A stretch of 49,453 bases of DNA, taken from NCBI GenBank assembly GCA_018304385.1, contig JAGVWJ010000004.1, forward strand, positions 1 through 49,453, read 5' to 3'. Position numbers and translations under genes: made by a program. Position 1 is the stretch's first letter. Each line of letters starts with the position of its first letter. Origin of the DNA: Candidatus Micrarchaeota archaeon (GTDB lineage: Archaea > Micrarchaeota > Micrarchaeia > Anstonellales > Bilamarchaeaceae). The notes under the pieces were generated by a model. It searched no databases. It was not told the DNA's origin and saw only the letters and a list, made by a program, of their open reading frames with translations. Below are positions 9,421 through 17,739 of this stretch, piece by piece.

Positions 9421-11442
9421 GTGATTAGCTTAGCCTCTACATTTTATTTAACAACCGCAATCGATTACGTAAATGCAAGACCACATCTTGGGCATGCTTA
9501 CGAAAAGGTATTAACAGATGCAATAGCACGATATCATATACTGCTTGGTGAAGATGTTGCACTGATAACCGGCGCAGATGAAAATAGTTTAAAGAATGTG
9601 CATGCAGCTGAAGCTAAAGGTATTACGCCAGCACAGCTATGCAAAGAAAATGCAGCTATTTTTAGGCAATTAGCAGATAAGATAGGACTTTCTTATACCT
9701 CTTTTATTCGCTCTTCTATAAAGGAAGAACATTGGGTCGGACCACAAAAACTCTGGCAGCTTTGCAACAAAAACGGAGATATCTACAAGAAAAAATACCA
9801 AGGTCTATACTGTGTTGGTTGTGAATCTTTTTACGAGTCAGAGGAATTACCAAATGGTTTATGCCCAGAGCATCAGAAAAAACCCGAACTAATAGAAGAA
9901 GAGAATTATTTTTTCAGACTCTCAAAATATCAAAAACAACTTGAAGATCTGATAGAAAAAGACAAATTAAAAATAATTCCCGAAACGCGCAAGAATGAAG
10001 TGTTAAGTTTTATTCGTACTGGACTAAAAGATTTCAGTATTTCACGTTCAGTTTCACGTGCTAAGGGATGGGGAGTCCCAGTTCCTGAAGATAAATCTCA
10101 AATAATGTACGTTTGGGTAGATGCACTAAGTGTTTATATAACTGGAATTGGCTATGGGTTTGATGAAAAGAAATTCAAAAAATACTGGCCAGGATTACAC
10201 GTAATTGGTAAGGGAATAATTCGCTTTCATGCTGTTTATTGGCCAGCAATATTGCTTTCTGCTGGTTTAGCAGTGCCAAAGGAGTTGCTTGTGCATGGTT
10301 ACATCACAGTTGAGGGTCAGAAAATGAGCAAAACGCTTGGAAATGTTGTTGATCCATTTTATTTAATTGATACTTATAGCGTGGATGAGCTTCGCTATTG
10401 TTTGATTAGTGAGATTTCTACGTTTGAAGATGGGGATTTCTCAGAGCGTACGCTTATTGAAAAAAATAATAGTGAACTACTTGCAAATATCGGTAATCTA
10501 GTTAATCGTACTCTAGTATTTATAAAAAATAATTTTGATGGAAAAGTACCGAACGGCAAATCGAATGAAAAAGACAAGGGATTTATTGAAAATAATAAGA
10601 AAGCTTACGAAAAGATTGCGCAATTATTAGATGAATTAAAACTAAAGGATGCATTAAATGAAGTAATGCTACTTTCAAAAGAAACCAATCGTTATTTCCA
10701 AGAAAATGCGCCTTGGCAATTAATTAAAACCGATAAAGCACGAGCAGCGAGCGTATTATACACGCTCACAAACCAAGTAAAGGATTTAGCTATCCTGCTT
10801 TGGCCATTCTTACCTAAAACAAGCGAAGAAATTTTTAAGCAACTTAATATTAAACCAGAAAAATGGAAAGACTTGGGTAAGCAGTCGATAAAAGAAGGAC
10901 ATACAATAAGCGAGCCAAAGGTTTTATTTAGAAAGCTGGAGTTAGCCAAAAAAGAAGAAAAAACAGATATAACCTTTGACTCTCTAGATATAGAAGTAGG
11001 AGAAATAACCTCTGCATCACAACATCCAAATGCTGAGAAATTATTAGTTGAGAAGGTTAAAGTCGCTGGTGGTGAAATACAGTTAGTTTCTGGAATTGCT
11101 AAGTTCTACAAGCCAGATGATATTGTCGGAAAGAAAATACTTGTGCTTAGGAATATTCCTTCTGCAAAATTACGCGGAGTGGAGAGTCAGGGAATGCTTT
11201 TGGTTTGTGAAAGTGCTAGTGGCGATGTAGAAATAATTAATCCAGATGCAGATACTGGAACAAAGATAACCCTAGACGGCTCAAACATCAAGACTCATGA
11301 CCAAAAACTAATAACCGCAGATATTTTTTTCAAAATAAAATTAGAAGTAAAAGACCATATTGCATACGCTGAAGGAAAAGTGCTCTTAGCAGGAAACGAA
11401 AAAATTAAAACAGAAAAAATAAAGGATGGAAAAATTACCTAG
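9421..11442 (+). CDS. metG: Methionyl-tRNA synthetase with C-terminal tRNA-binding OB domain
   Basis: HLGH and KMSKT signatures, YCVGCESFY...CPEH knuckle, C-terminal HPNAEKL...LRGVESQGMLL. Confidence 0.97.
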   Translation: MISLASTFYLTTAIDYVNARPHLGHAYEKVLTDAIARYHILLGEDVALITGADENSLKNVHAAEAKGITPAQLCKENAAIFRQLADKIGLSYTSFIRSSIKEEHWVGPQKLWQLCNKNGDIYKKKYQGLYCVGCESFYESEELPNGLCPEHQKKPELIEEENYFFRLSKYQKQLEDLIEKDKLKIIPETRKNEVLSFIRTGLKDFSISRSVSRAKGWGVPVPEDKSQIMYVWVDALSVYITGIGYGFDEKKFKKYWPGLHVIGKGIIRFHAVYWPAILLSAGLAVPKELLVHGYITVEGQKMSKTLGNVVDPFYLIDTYSVDELRYCLISEISTFEDGDFSERTLIEKNNSELLANIGNLVNRTLVFIKNNFDGKVPNGKSNEKDKGFIENNKKAYEKIAQLLDELKLKDALNEVMLLSKETNRYFQENAPWQLIKTDKARAASVLYTLTNQVKDLAILLWPFLPKTSEEIFKQLNIKPEKWKDLGKQSIKEGHTISEPKVLFRKLELAKKEEKTDITFDSLDIEVGEITSASQHPNAEKLLVEKVKVAGGEIQLVSGIAKFYKPDDIVGKKILVLRNIPSAKLRGVESQGMLLVCESASGDVEIINPDADTGTKITLDGSNIKTHDQKLITADIFFKIKLEVKDHIAYAEGKVLLAGNEKIKTEKIKDGKIT

Positions 11443-11444
11443 GT

Positions 11445-12593
11445 TTAATATCCTGTTGGTCCATCTCCTCTTCCAACTGCAACCATTCTTTCTATTGCAA
11501 TTCGCGCACGAGGAATAAATTGCTCTGGAACTTCTATTAATTTTCCATGCTGTGCTATTGCAGCTACATTTCCTTCTGAAAGTGCCTTCAGAACGGCTAT
11601 TACTCCTTCTATAGAAACTGATTTCATATACGGGCAAACACAACTAGCATCACAGCTCTTATGCTCATAAACTGGTAAGAACGTTTTGCTTGGGTGCTCT
11701 TGGCAAAGCGATTCTATAAGTCCTATTTCAGTTCCAATAATCCAAATATCTATTTCTGGGTGCGCACGTACAAATGTGATCATCCCGCCAGTGCTAAGTA
11801 CTGCATTAACATAACGTAAACCTCTAACGCAATCTAATACCTCTGGCATGCATTCTGGATGAACCATTATGCCTATTTTTCCTCTTTGTGGACCTCGTTC
11901 AACTCTATCTAATGCTGTTTCCAGCATTTCTAATGTAAATTCCTGATGGATCGGACAACTTCCTTCCCATGCAATTAGATTCTTTGTTGTTCTGTTTCTT
12001 ATTGAATAATACAAATTTCTATCTGGCGCGAATAAAACATTTGAATGTGGCAAACTCTCAACGACTTTTAATGCATTTGAAGAGGTGCAAATAACATCTG
12101 CTTCTGCCTTTGCATTTGCATAAGAATTTATGTAAAGAACCAAAGGTAATTCGCTTTCTGGAATTCCTAATCGTGCTGCTTCACTGGAGCGCCACGCGCG
12201 TATTTGCTCACCAGTAACATAATCTGCTAATCCGCATCCACCATAATGTGAAGGTACAACAACTGTTAAATCCGGGCGCAGAATCTTTGTAGTTTCTGCC
12301 ATAAAATCTACTGTGCAATGAATTACAACCTTGCCAGCAGGAAGTTCCTGCGCTGCTTTTGCAAGTGCAAATGAATCTCCGATTGCATCAGCAATTGCCT
12401 TCATCTCTATTCTCTGATAAGTATGAACAACTACAAATGCATTAGTTCTTTCCTTTAATCTTCTTGCTTCATCTATTAGGGCACCATTTATTGGGGCGTC
12501 TAATGGCTTTATTTTTTCCCAAGTATCAATAACCCTTAGTCTCGCGCTTTCGCGCGTTTGTCTTGGTCTTGTTAAAGGTTCCATATTAACCAC
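11445..12593 (-). CDS. nadA: Quinolinate synthase
   Basis: HTYQ, DFMAETTKIL, GCGLAD, YINS, CTSSNA, CPIH, HPEC, IGTE and CPYMK; the three cluster-ligating Cys motifs are present. Confidence 0.93.
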   Translation of the reverse strand: MVNMEPLTRPRQTRESARLRVIDTWEKIKPLDAPINGALIDEARRLKERTNAFVVVHTYQRIEMKAIADAIGDSFALAKAAQELPAGKVVIHCTVDFMAETTKILRPDLTVVVPSHYGGCGLADYVTGEQIRAWRSSEAARLGIPESELPLVLYINSYANAKAEADVICTSSNALKVVESLPHSNVLFAPDRNLYYSIRNRTTKNLIAWEGSCPIHQEFTLEMLETALDRVERGPQRGKIGIMVHPECMPEVLDCVRGLRYVNAVLSTGGMITFVRAHPEIDIWIIGTEIGLIESLCQEHPSKTFLPVYEHKSCDASCVCPYMKSVSIEGVIAVLKALSEGNVAAIAQHGKLIEVPEQFIPRARIAIERMVAVGRGDGPTGY

Positions 12594-13740
12594 TTCTTGG
12601 ATAGATTAATTTTCCTTTATGAAAGATTTTTCCATTAATTACCCTTACAAAAGAAGGAAGTTCATCACCATTTGCATGTATTTCACCGCCTTCCATCTCA
12701 AAACCCACACGATCTCCTAAATAACCTTCAACGATTATCTTACCTGCAATCATACGAAATCCGATATAATCTCCGGCATGTCCTTCAACTAATATAACGC
12801 CACCTGTCATTTCTTCCCCAGTAATGTTGCCTATACGGCCTTCTGCTGTTATTCTCCCTCCTTCCATTGAGTTGCCAACATGATTATCAGCACTACCAAC
12901 AGTTATTTTTCCAGCGCGCATTTTTTTACCGCAAAAATCCATTACATGATTTTTTACCCTAATAGAGCCACCCTTCATCTCAAAACCTACACTATTTTCT
13001 GCGTTTCCTTTAACCACAATATTTCCTCCTTCCATAAGACCACCTAAGTGGTCGTTTGCATTACCATTAATCACAATGGCTCCACCCTGCATTAATAAAC
13101 CTGCAGCTGCTCTCACATCTTTTTTTACACTTATGGTTCCATCTTTCATTTTTGTCCCAAGGCGCATTCCTGCGTTTCCATTTATTTCAAGCGACCCGCC
13201 TTGCATCTCATATCCTGTGCCTCCACCAGTGTTTCCATTGATAACCATTACACCACTTTCCATCTTATACGCAGCGTCAGCACCAACATCCCCTATTATT
13301 GTAATATTTTTGGTATTCCTGAAACCTAGATATTTAATCGGTTTTTCTAAGTGTCTTGTGGTTATTGTATAGCTCGCGTCCTTTCCATTATTTATAAGAG
13401 CGCTTAAGAAGAGGCCTGCTTTTGAAAAAAAGTCTTTTTCTTCCTGAAACTCAGTTAGCGCTATGCTGAATTTGCCGACATCTACAGAACTATAATTAAT
13501 AGAAGATACAAGAGAAACTGCAACTTCATATTCATCAACTATTGCCCTTCTTTTTCTGCAGTTGAATTCCTTCCATGCTTCTTTCAATTGTGCGAGTGCT
13601 TTATCTTCTTTTACATCTGCTTTTCTTACTTCTTGTCTCTGTTCTCTATGATATCTTCTAAATAGGTCGCTCGCTCGCGTAACAGTTGGAATAGCTCGAA
13701 TTGGAACAGTTTTCCCTAATCGCCTCTCTGCATTAATCAT
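12586..13740 (-). CDS. GXGXG beta-helix protein (FwdC / GltB C-terminal-like)
   Basis: About 11 repeats of about 19 aa, GxxxGxxMxGGxIxVxG. Confidence 0.8.
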   Translation of the reverse strand: MINAERRLGKTVPIRAIPTVTRASDLFRRYHREQRQEVRKADVKEDKALAQLKEAWKEFNCRKRRAIVDEYEVAVSLVSSINYSSVDVGKFSIALTEFQEEKDFFSKAGLFLSALINNGKDASYTITTRHLEKPIKYLGFRNTKNITIIGDVGADAAYKMESGVMVINGNTGGGTGYEMQGGSLEINGNAGMRLGTKMKDGTISVKKDVRAAAGLLMQGGAIVINGNANDHLGGLMEGGNIVVKGNAENSVGFEMKGGSIRVKNHVMDFCGKKMRAGKITVGSADNHVGNSMEGGRITAEGRIGNITGEEMTGGVILVEGHAGDYIGFRMIAGKIIVEGYLGDRVGFEMEGGEIHANGDELPSFVRVINGKIFHKGKLIYPRSG

Positions 13741-13798
13741 TGCGTAGCTATTATAATTGGTTACCTTTTTATACTTTTCTTAACACTACCAACATTGA

Positions 13799-14896
13799 TT
13801 AAACCTGACTAAATCCCATATTCCTATCAGTAAACCTCATTGCTTCTTCTCCACTCATTCCTAAGGTGAGCATTCTTACTGTATCTATATTCGGAAGTAC
13901 TGCTATGTAGCGATAATCTATTGCTATCATTATTCGAAATAACGTAGAGCGAGCAGTCGAATTAAGATCACTGCCAAAAACTGTAATTGGAGGCATTTCT
14001 TTACCAAATGCTTGCATCCTTTCTTTATGAAAATGCGCTATTTCATATGTTGATTTTATATCAGGAACTACTCGTATGCGCGGTTTATTTTCTAACAGTT
14101 CTTTTATTTCTTGTCCGCTCATCTGATACTTTGTTTCAACTAGTAAAGTAGCAGTATAATAACTAAGACCAGATACCTGAGATACTCCTAAAAGCATTAG
14201 CTCTGTTTCAGGAAATAACGGCTCGAGCTCAGTTTCTACTTGTTGCTTTACATCCTCTCTAATATACGTAGAACCTAATCGCTCTCCAGTTGTATAATCA
14301 TTTAGCTTTTCAGTATATTGAGTTAGTATGCTCATTATTATTCGCTTTGCTACTGGTTCTAGATAATGTAATACTGGCACTATTCCAGAAAGTACACAAT
14401 CACCTTGCCTGAATATATTTTCGTTTTCGCTGTATGACATTTTTCTTGGCGGTACTATTAATCTACCTAAAGGATACTCACCTGATTGAATAACTACTGG
14501 TCCATTAAAAGTGCGATAGCGTTCCATCCATTTTTGCGAGCTTCCTGGACTGGCTGCATCTATTACAACATCGCAATCTGAAAGATTAAGCTGGTCTGCT
14601 GGCTCGAATGTTACCATATTCTGCGATGCATTGACTTCCCGAACAACGCTGTGTTTGTCATCTAAATACATTTTTTCAGCAAATAAATCCTTTCTTATAT
14701 CTTCTGGTAACGGTTTCATTGTCTTAAGCGCATCATGAAGTGTTGGATCGTTTTTCGCTATGCCAACTGCTAACCTCATATCGGGATTTTTTCTTATGGC
14801 TAAGGCTATTCTTGATCCAAGTAAACCAAAAATCCCGCGTATGCAAATATGCTCGTTTCTCTGGGCGCTAGGAGTTTGAGCATTATCTCTAAGCAT
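13799..14896 (-). CDS. Divergent class II (archaeal) GAPDH-like NAD(P) dehydrogenase
   Basis: GIFGLLGSRIALAI..PDMRLAVGIAK, VVIDAASPG, IQSGE, ELLENKPRI and PNIDTVRML align by eye to archaeal GAPDH blocks. Confidence 0.7.
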   Translation of the reverse strand: MLRDNAQTPSAQRNEHICIRGIFGLLGSRIALAIRKNPDMRLAVGIAKNDPTLHDALKTMKPLPEDIRKDLFAEKMYLDDKHSVVREVNASQNMVTFEPADQLNLSDCDVVIDAASPGSSQKWMERYRTFNGPVVIQSGEYPLGRLIVPPRKMSYSENENIFRQGDCVLSGIVPVLHYLEPVAKRIIMSILTQYTEKLNDYTTGERLGSTYIREDVKQQVETELEPLFPETELMLLGVSQVSGLSYYTATLLVETKYQMSGQEIKELLENKPRIRVVPDIKSTYEIAHFHKERMQAFGKEMPPITVFGSDLNSTARSTLFRIMIAIDYRYIAVLPNIDTVRMLTLGMSGEEAMRFTDRNMGFSQV

Positions 14897-14947
14897 TTTA
14901 ATCAGCTTAGAAAATCAGATAACTAACAAGAAAGAGTTATTACTTAC

Positions 14948-14992
14948 GCTAGCGGTTTGCGCCCTCTCGCATAAAGCGAGCCTGTTGCTAGC
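14948..14992. promoter_or_regulatory. Stem-loop in the presumed 5' UTR of the GAPDH-like gene
   Basis: Outer GCTAGC/GCTAGC pairing and inner CTCGC-ATAAA-GCGAG hairpin. Confidence 0.45.
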
Positions 14993-15002
14993 TATTTGAT
15001 TC

Positions 15003-15020
15003 ATAACATAATTATGTCAT
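15003..15020. promoter_or_regulatory. Palindromic operator-like site
   Basis: ATAACATAATTATGTCAT with perfect 12-bp core ACATAATTATGT, next to a minus-strand TTTATATA box at about 15026-15033. Confidence 0.5.
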
Positions 15021-15112
15021 AACTAGTATATAAATACGCGTCCCAAAATGATTTCACGAAAAACTAGCCATAACCACAACATTTAAAAACATTTACACAC
15101 ATAAATAGCTAC

Positions 15113-15631
15113 ATGGCACAAATAGCAGAAATATCAAAATTTAGACAATATGTTAAGCCAGAACCATGGCGTGATGGCGCAGCATATGCTTTTCGTTCAT
15201 TTGCAACTATTAGGGAAGGAGTTAGACGTGGCTCCAGACTCGATAGAGAAGAATCAGTTGCATTTTGCAGTGGGCAGGCAGCAGGAGAATTCGCAGAGAA
15301 AATTGCTGTAGGATTAGAAGCTGCTGGCAAGGCAGTTGGTTGTGATACTGTTTGCGAGTTAACGCCTCAAGTAGTGAGTGGTCTACCGAAAATTCATGGA
15401 CAAATGATGCCAGTTGGTGCTGATAATGCTGATGCATTTGTTTTCGGTTCAATGAATACAGTTGTATTCGGCTTAGTAAGGGCAGATGGATTGGTTACGC
15501 CAGTAGTTTTTAATGATCGAGGAGCAGTTTTAGTTCAAAAAGGACACGGACCGTTTGCCACGCTTTATGATGAACAAACTGATCTCGCTAGATTATTAAA
15601 AGATAATTTAACTCCGCGCAGTTTTGTATAA
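15113..15631 (+). CDS. Hypothetical protein
   Basis: 172-aa ORF, divergent from the GAPDH-like gene; no family recognised. Confidence 0.6.
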   Translation: MAQIAEISKFRQYVKPEPWRDGAAYAFRSFATIREGVRRGSRLDREESVAFCSGQAAGEFAEKIAVGLEAAGKAVGCDTVCELTPQVVSGLPKIHGQMMPVGADNADAFVFGSMNTVVFGLVRADGLVTPVVFNDRGAVLVQKGHGPFATLYDEQTDLARLLKDNLTPRSFV

Positions 15632-15634
15632 ATA

Positions 15635-16759
15635 TTATATTTTAGCAAGTTTTCTCTTTTTCAATTCAAACGCTAGCGGGTATAATAGCAACACGATTCC
15701 ATTCAGAATCAGTACAAAAGAAATATCAAAATAGGATAACAAAACAAATGCAATAAACGAACTTATAATAGCTCCAAAGTTAAGCAAAATCTCTCTACCC
15801 AGCATGCTATTAACTAGACTTTTTGAGTTATCTACTACAAGTGCTAAAGGTAATGGAAAGAATATTGTTTTTATGAAATTTATTATTGAGAATCCAATGA
15901 AGAACTGGGTTATTCCAGAAGTAAAACCAGTAAATATTGCAGCAAGCCCTAATGCAACTGCTGATGCAATAATAAATTCTCTTCTCCTTTTCTTGACATC
16001 AGAGATTCTCGCGATTATAAGGGCTGCGATTATTGATGATAACGTAGTTAATGATGTAAACATACCAAAATCTGCTGGCATTGTTGCATATTTCAACAAC
16101 ATTGTTTCCAATAAAACAGATACGATTATTCTTGGAGAAAGACCTTCTAGGAAAATAAGGGTTTTCAATCCTGACAGTGATCTGATGCTCTCAGAAAAAC
16201 TATAGCTATAGTCTTTATTTTTAAAGAATTTAAATGCAAGAATGAAAGTTATAACGTAAGAGAGCATTGCTAGACCGTAAAGGCTCTCATATCCTAAATT
16301 AGCTGCGATTACCCCTGATAAACCAGGCAGCACAAACATAAGAAGCGGGCCAGCAGAATAGTAAAGTGCAGCAAGCGTTGCATTGTTTTCTTTGCGGAAT
16401 TCATAGAATGTAATATTAAATGGAATCCAGAAAAAGAAATGGGTTAGACTAAGTAATAATCTATAGGCAAATGCTATTTCCTTGGTTTTGATAAAATAAA
16501 GCGATGCAACTGCAAGAAATGCAATTGCTATTCCAAGAAGCATAAATCTCTTTGATTGGATTTTTTTGAAAAATGGGGCGAGCAACAGCGAGCCAATAGA
16601 CCAGAAAAAACTAGTACCTACTATTTCCTGTATGCTTAAACCTAACCCAAAGAAATACACTTCAAATAAACTGCCAGCAAATATCCAGCTGCTAAGCCAA
16701 AATAAATAAACAATAATTAGTTTTGAGAATGGGGAGGAGAAAGATTTTAGACTAAGCAT
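15635..16759 (-). CDS. MFS transporter
   Basis: About 12 hydrophobic segments and ARISDVKKRRR MFS loop motif. Confidence 0.85.
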   Translation of the reverse strand: MLSLKSFSSPFSKLIIVYLFWLSSWIFAGSLFEVYFFGLGLSIQEIVGTSFFWSIGSLLLAPFFKKIQSKRFMLLGIAIAFLAVASLYFIKTKEIAFAYRLLLSLTHFFFWIPFNITFYEFRKENNATLAALYYSAGPLLMFVLPGLSGVIAANLGYESLYGLAMLSYVITFILAFKFFKNKDYSYSFSESIRSLSGLKTLIFLEGLSPRIIVSVLLETMLLKYATMPADFGMFTSLTTLSSIIAALIIARISDVKKRRREFIIASAVALGLAAIFTGFTSGITQFFIGFSIINFIKTIFFPLPLALVVDNSKSLVNSMLGREILLNFGAIISSFIAFVLLSYFDISFVLILNGIVLLLYPLAFELKKRKLAKI

Positions 16760-16800
16760 AAAATCGCCTATCTAATAATGAGAAAGAGATTATTTAATCA

Positions 16801-17187
16801 TTATCCAACTACAATTCCATTAACTACGCCATCTTGACCTACTCTATTAGTAACCTTAACCTTACCGGCCTCAGTATTCAAAACAGCGCCTTTTGTAATT
16901 ATATTTTGACGGACGTATTCTGGATTATGACTTTCAAGCACACCTAAAATCTTTGCCTTGCTCATTTTTCCTTCTTTATTTTTAACATTAACAAATGCTG
17001 CTCTTTTTAACTTGGTTTTTAGATTAAATCCCCTGCCTCGGGAAACAACGCGCTCGTCTTTGTCAGCAACCTTTGTTGCTGTAAATACACCGCCAACATG
17101 CGCAAGCTTTTTATCCCTAAACTTAACGCGCTTTCCACCTGTTCCGGAACTTACTTTTTTAGTATGTGGCTTGTGATACTGCTTCAT
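16801..17187 (-). CDS. rps8e: 30S ribosomal protein S8e
   Basis: KVSSGTGGK, RGFNLK, NPEYVRQNIITKGAV and VTNRVGQDGVVNG; GGAGG SD. Confidence 0.97.
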   Translation of the reverse strand: MKQYHKPHTKKVSSGTGGKRVKFRDKKLAHVGGVFTATKVADKDERVVSRGRGFNLKTKLKRAAFVNVKNKEGKMSKAKILGVLESHNPEYVRQNIITKGAVLNTEAGKVKVTNRVGQDGVVNGIVVG

Positions 17188-17201
17188 ATTATGACCTCCT
17201 A

Positions 17202-17288
17202 TATTTTCTCATTACTACAAAGCCGTCGTTTTACTTATGTTCTCTATACAGAGCTCAACTCATGAAACATAAGGTTCGCTCGGCCGTT
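17202..17288 (-). ncRNA. Candidate structured leader RNA, copy 1
   Basis: Shares four identical blocks with 24384-24471; hairpin with a G-U pair on the minus strand. Confidence 0.55.
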
Positions 17289-17325
17289 TAGTATTCCCTC
17301 ATAAAAATAGTAATATATTAATAAT

Positions 17326-17739
17326 GTGCACAGTTTTAAAACACTTATGATGACGCTATTTATTGAATATAAACTAGATTCGGAAGCTGCCTTAAAGGTA
17401 TGTGATTGCTTTAATGCGTTATTAATCGAACCTTCAATTGTTCAATCAAAAGAAGAGCTTAACCTTGCAGAATTTTTATCCAAGCGCTCATTTGAAAAAA
17501 AGAAGAATATCGCAAAAAAATTCAAATATGAATTTTTACTTTGGCTGACTGGCAAACGCGATATAAAAAGTGCAATGAAAGTCAGCGAACCAAAGAATGA
17601 TAGCGCAGTATTGATTTTATTTGAAGGAAAGGATAAAAGGAAAATGTTGAAAGCGCTGAATGCGAAGGAAAAGAAATTAGACTTAAAAAAAGAAGCGGAT
17701 GCGCTTGCATTAGAGAGAATCTCTTTAAGCAGAATTTAG
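17326..17739 (+). CDS. cgi121: KEOPS subunit Cgi121
   Basis: RSFEKKKNIAK, EFLLWLTGKRDIKSAM and ALERIS resemble Cgi121 motifs; start uncertain. Confidence 0.72.
   Translation: MHSFKTLMMTLFIEYKLDSEAALKVCDCFNALLIEPSIVQSKEELNLAEFLSKRSFEKKKNIAKKFKYEFLLWLTGKRDIKSAMKVSEPKNDSAVLILFEGKDKRKMLKALNAKEKKLDLKKEADALALERISLSRI

Noticed and set aside
10578-10592. AAGGGATTTATT inside metG, similar to the pro cassette
   Set aside because: Different codon phase, no CTT-CCA, and mid-gene in an uninterrupted ORF
12586-13740. Functional formylmethanofuran dehydrogenase or glutamate synthase
   Set aside because: Only the beta-helix repeat is present; no partner subunits in the window
17324-17350. ATG 17324 mini-ORF with a T-TTA-AAA slippery heptamer ahead of cgi121
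   Set aside because: In-frame GTG 17326 and later ATGs explain the gene without a shift; no downstream stimulator seen
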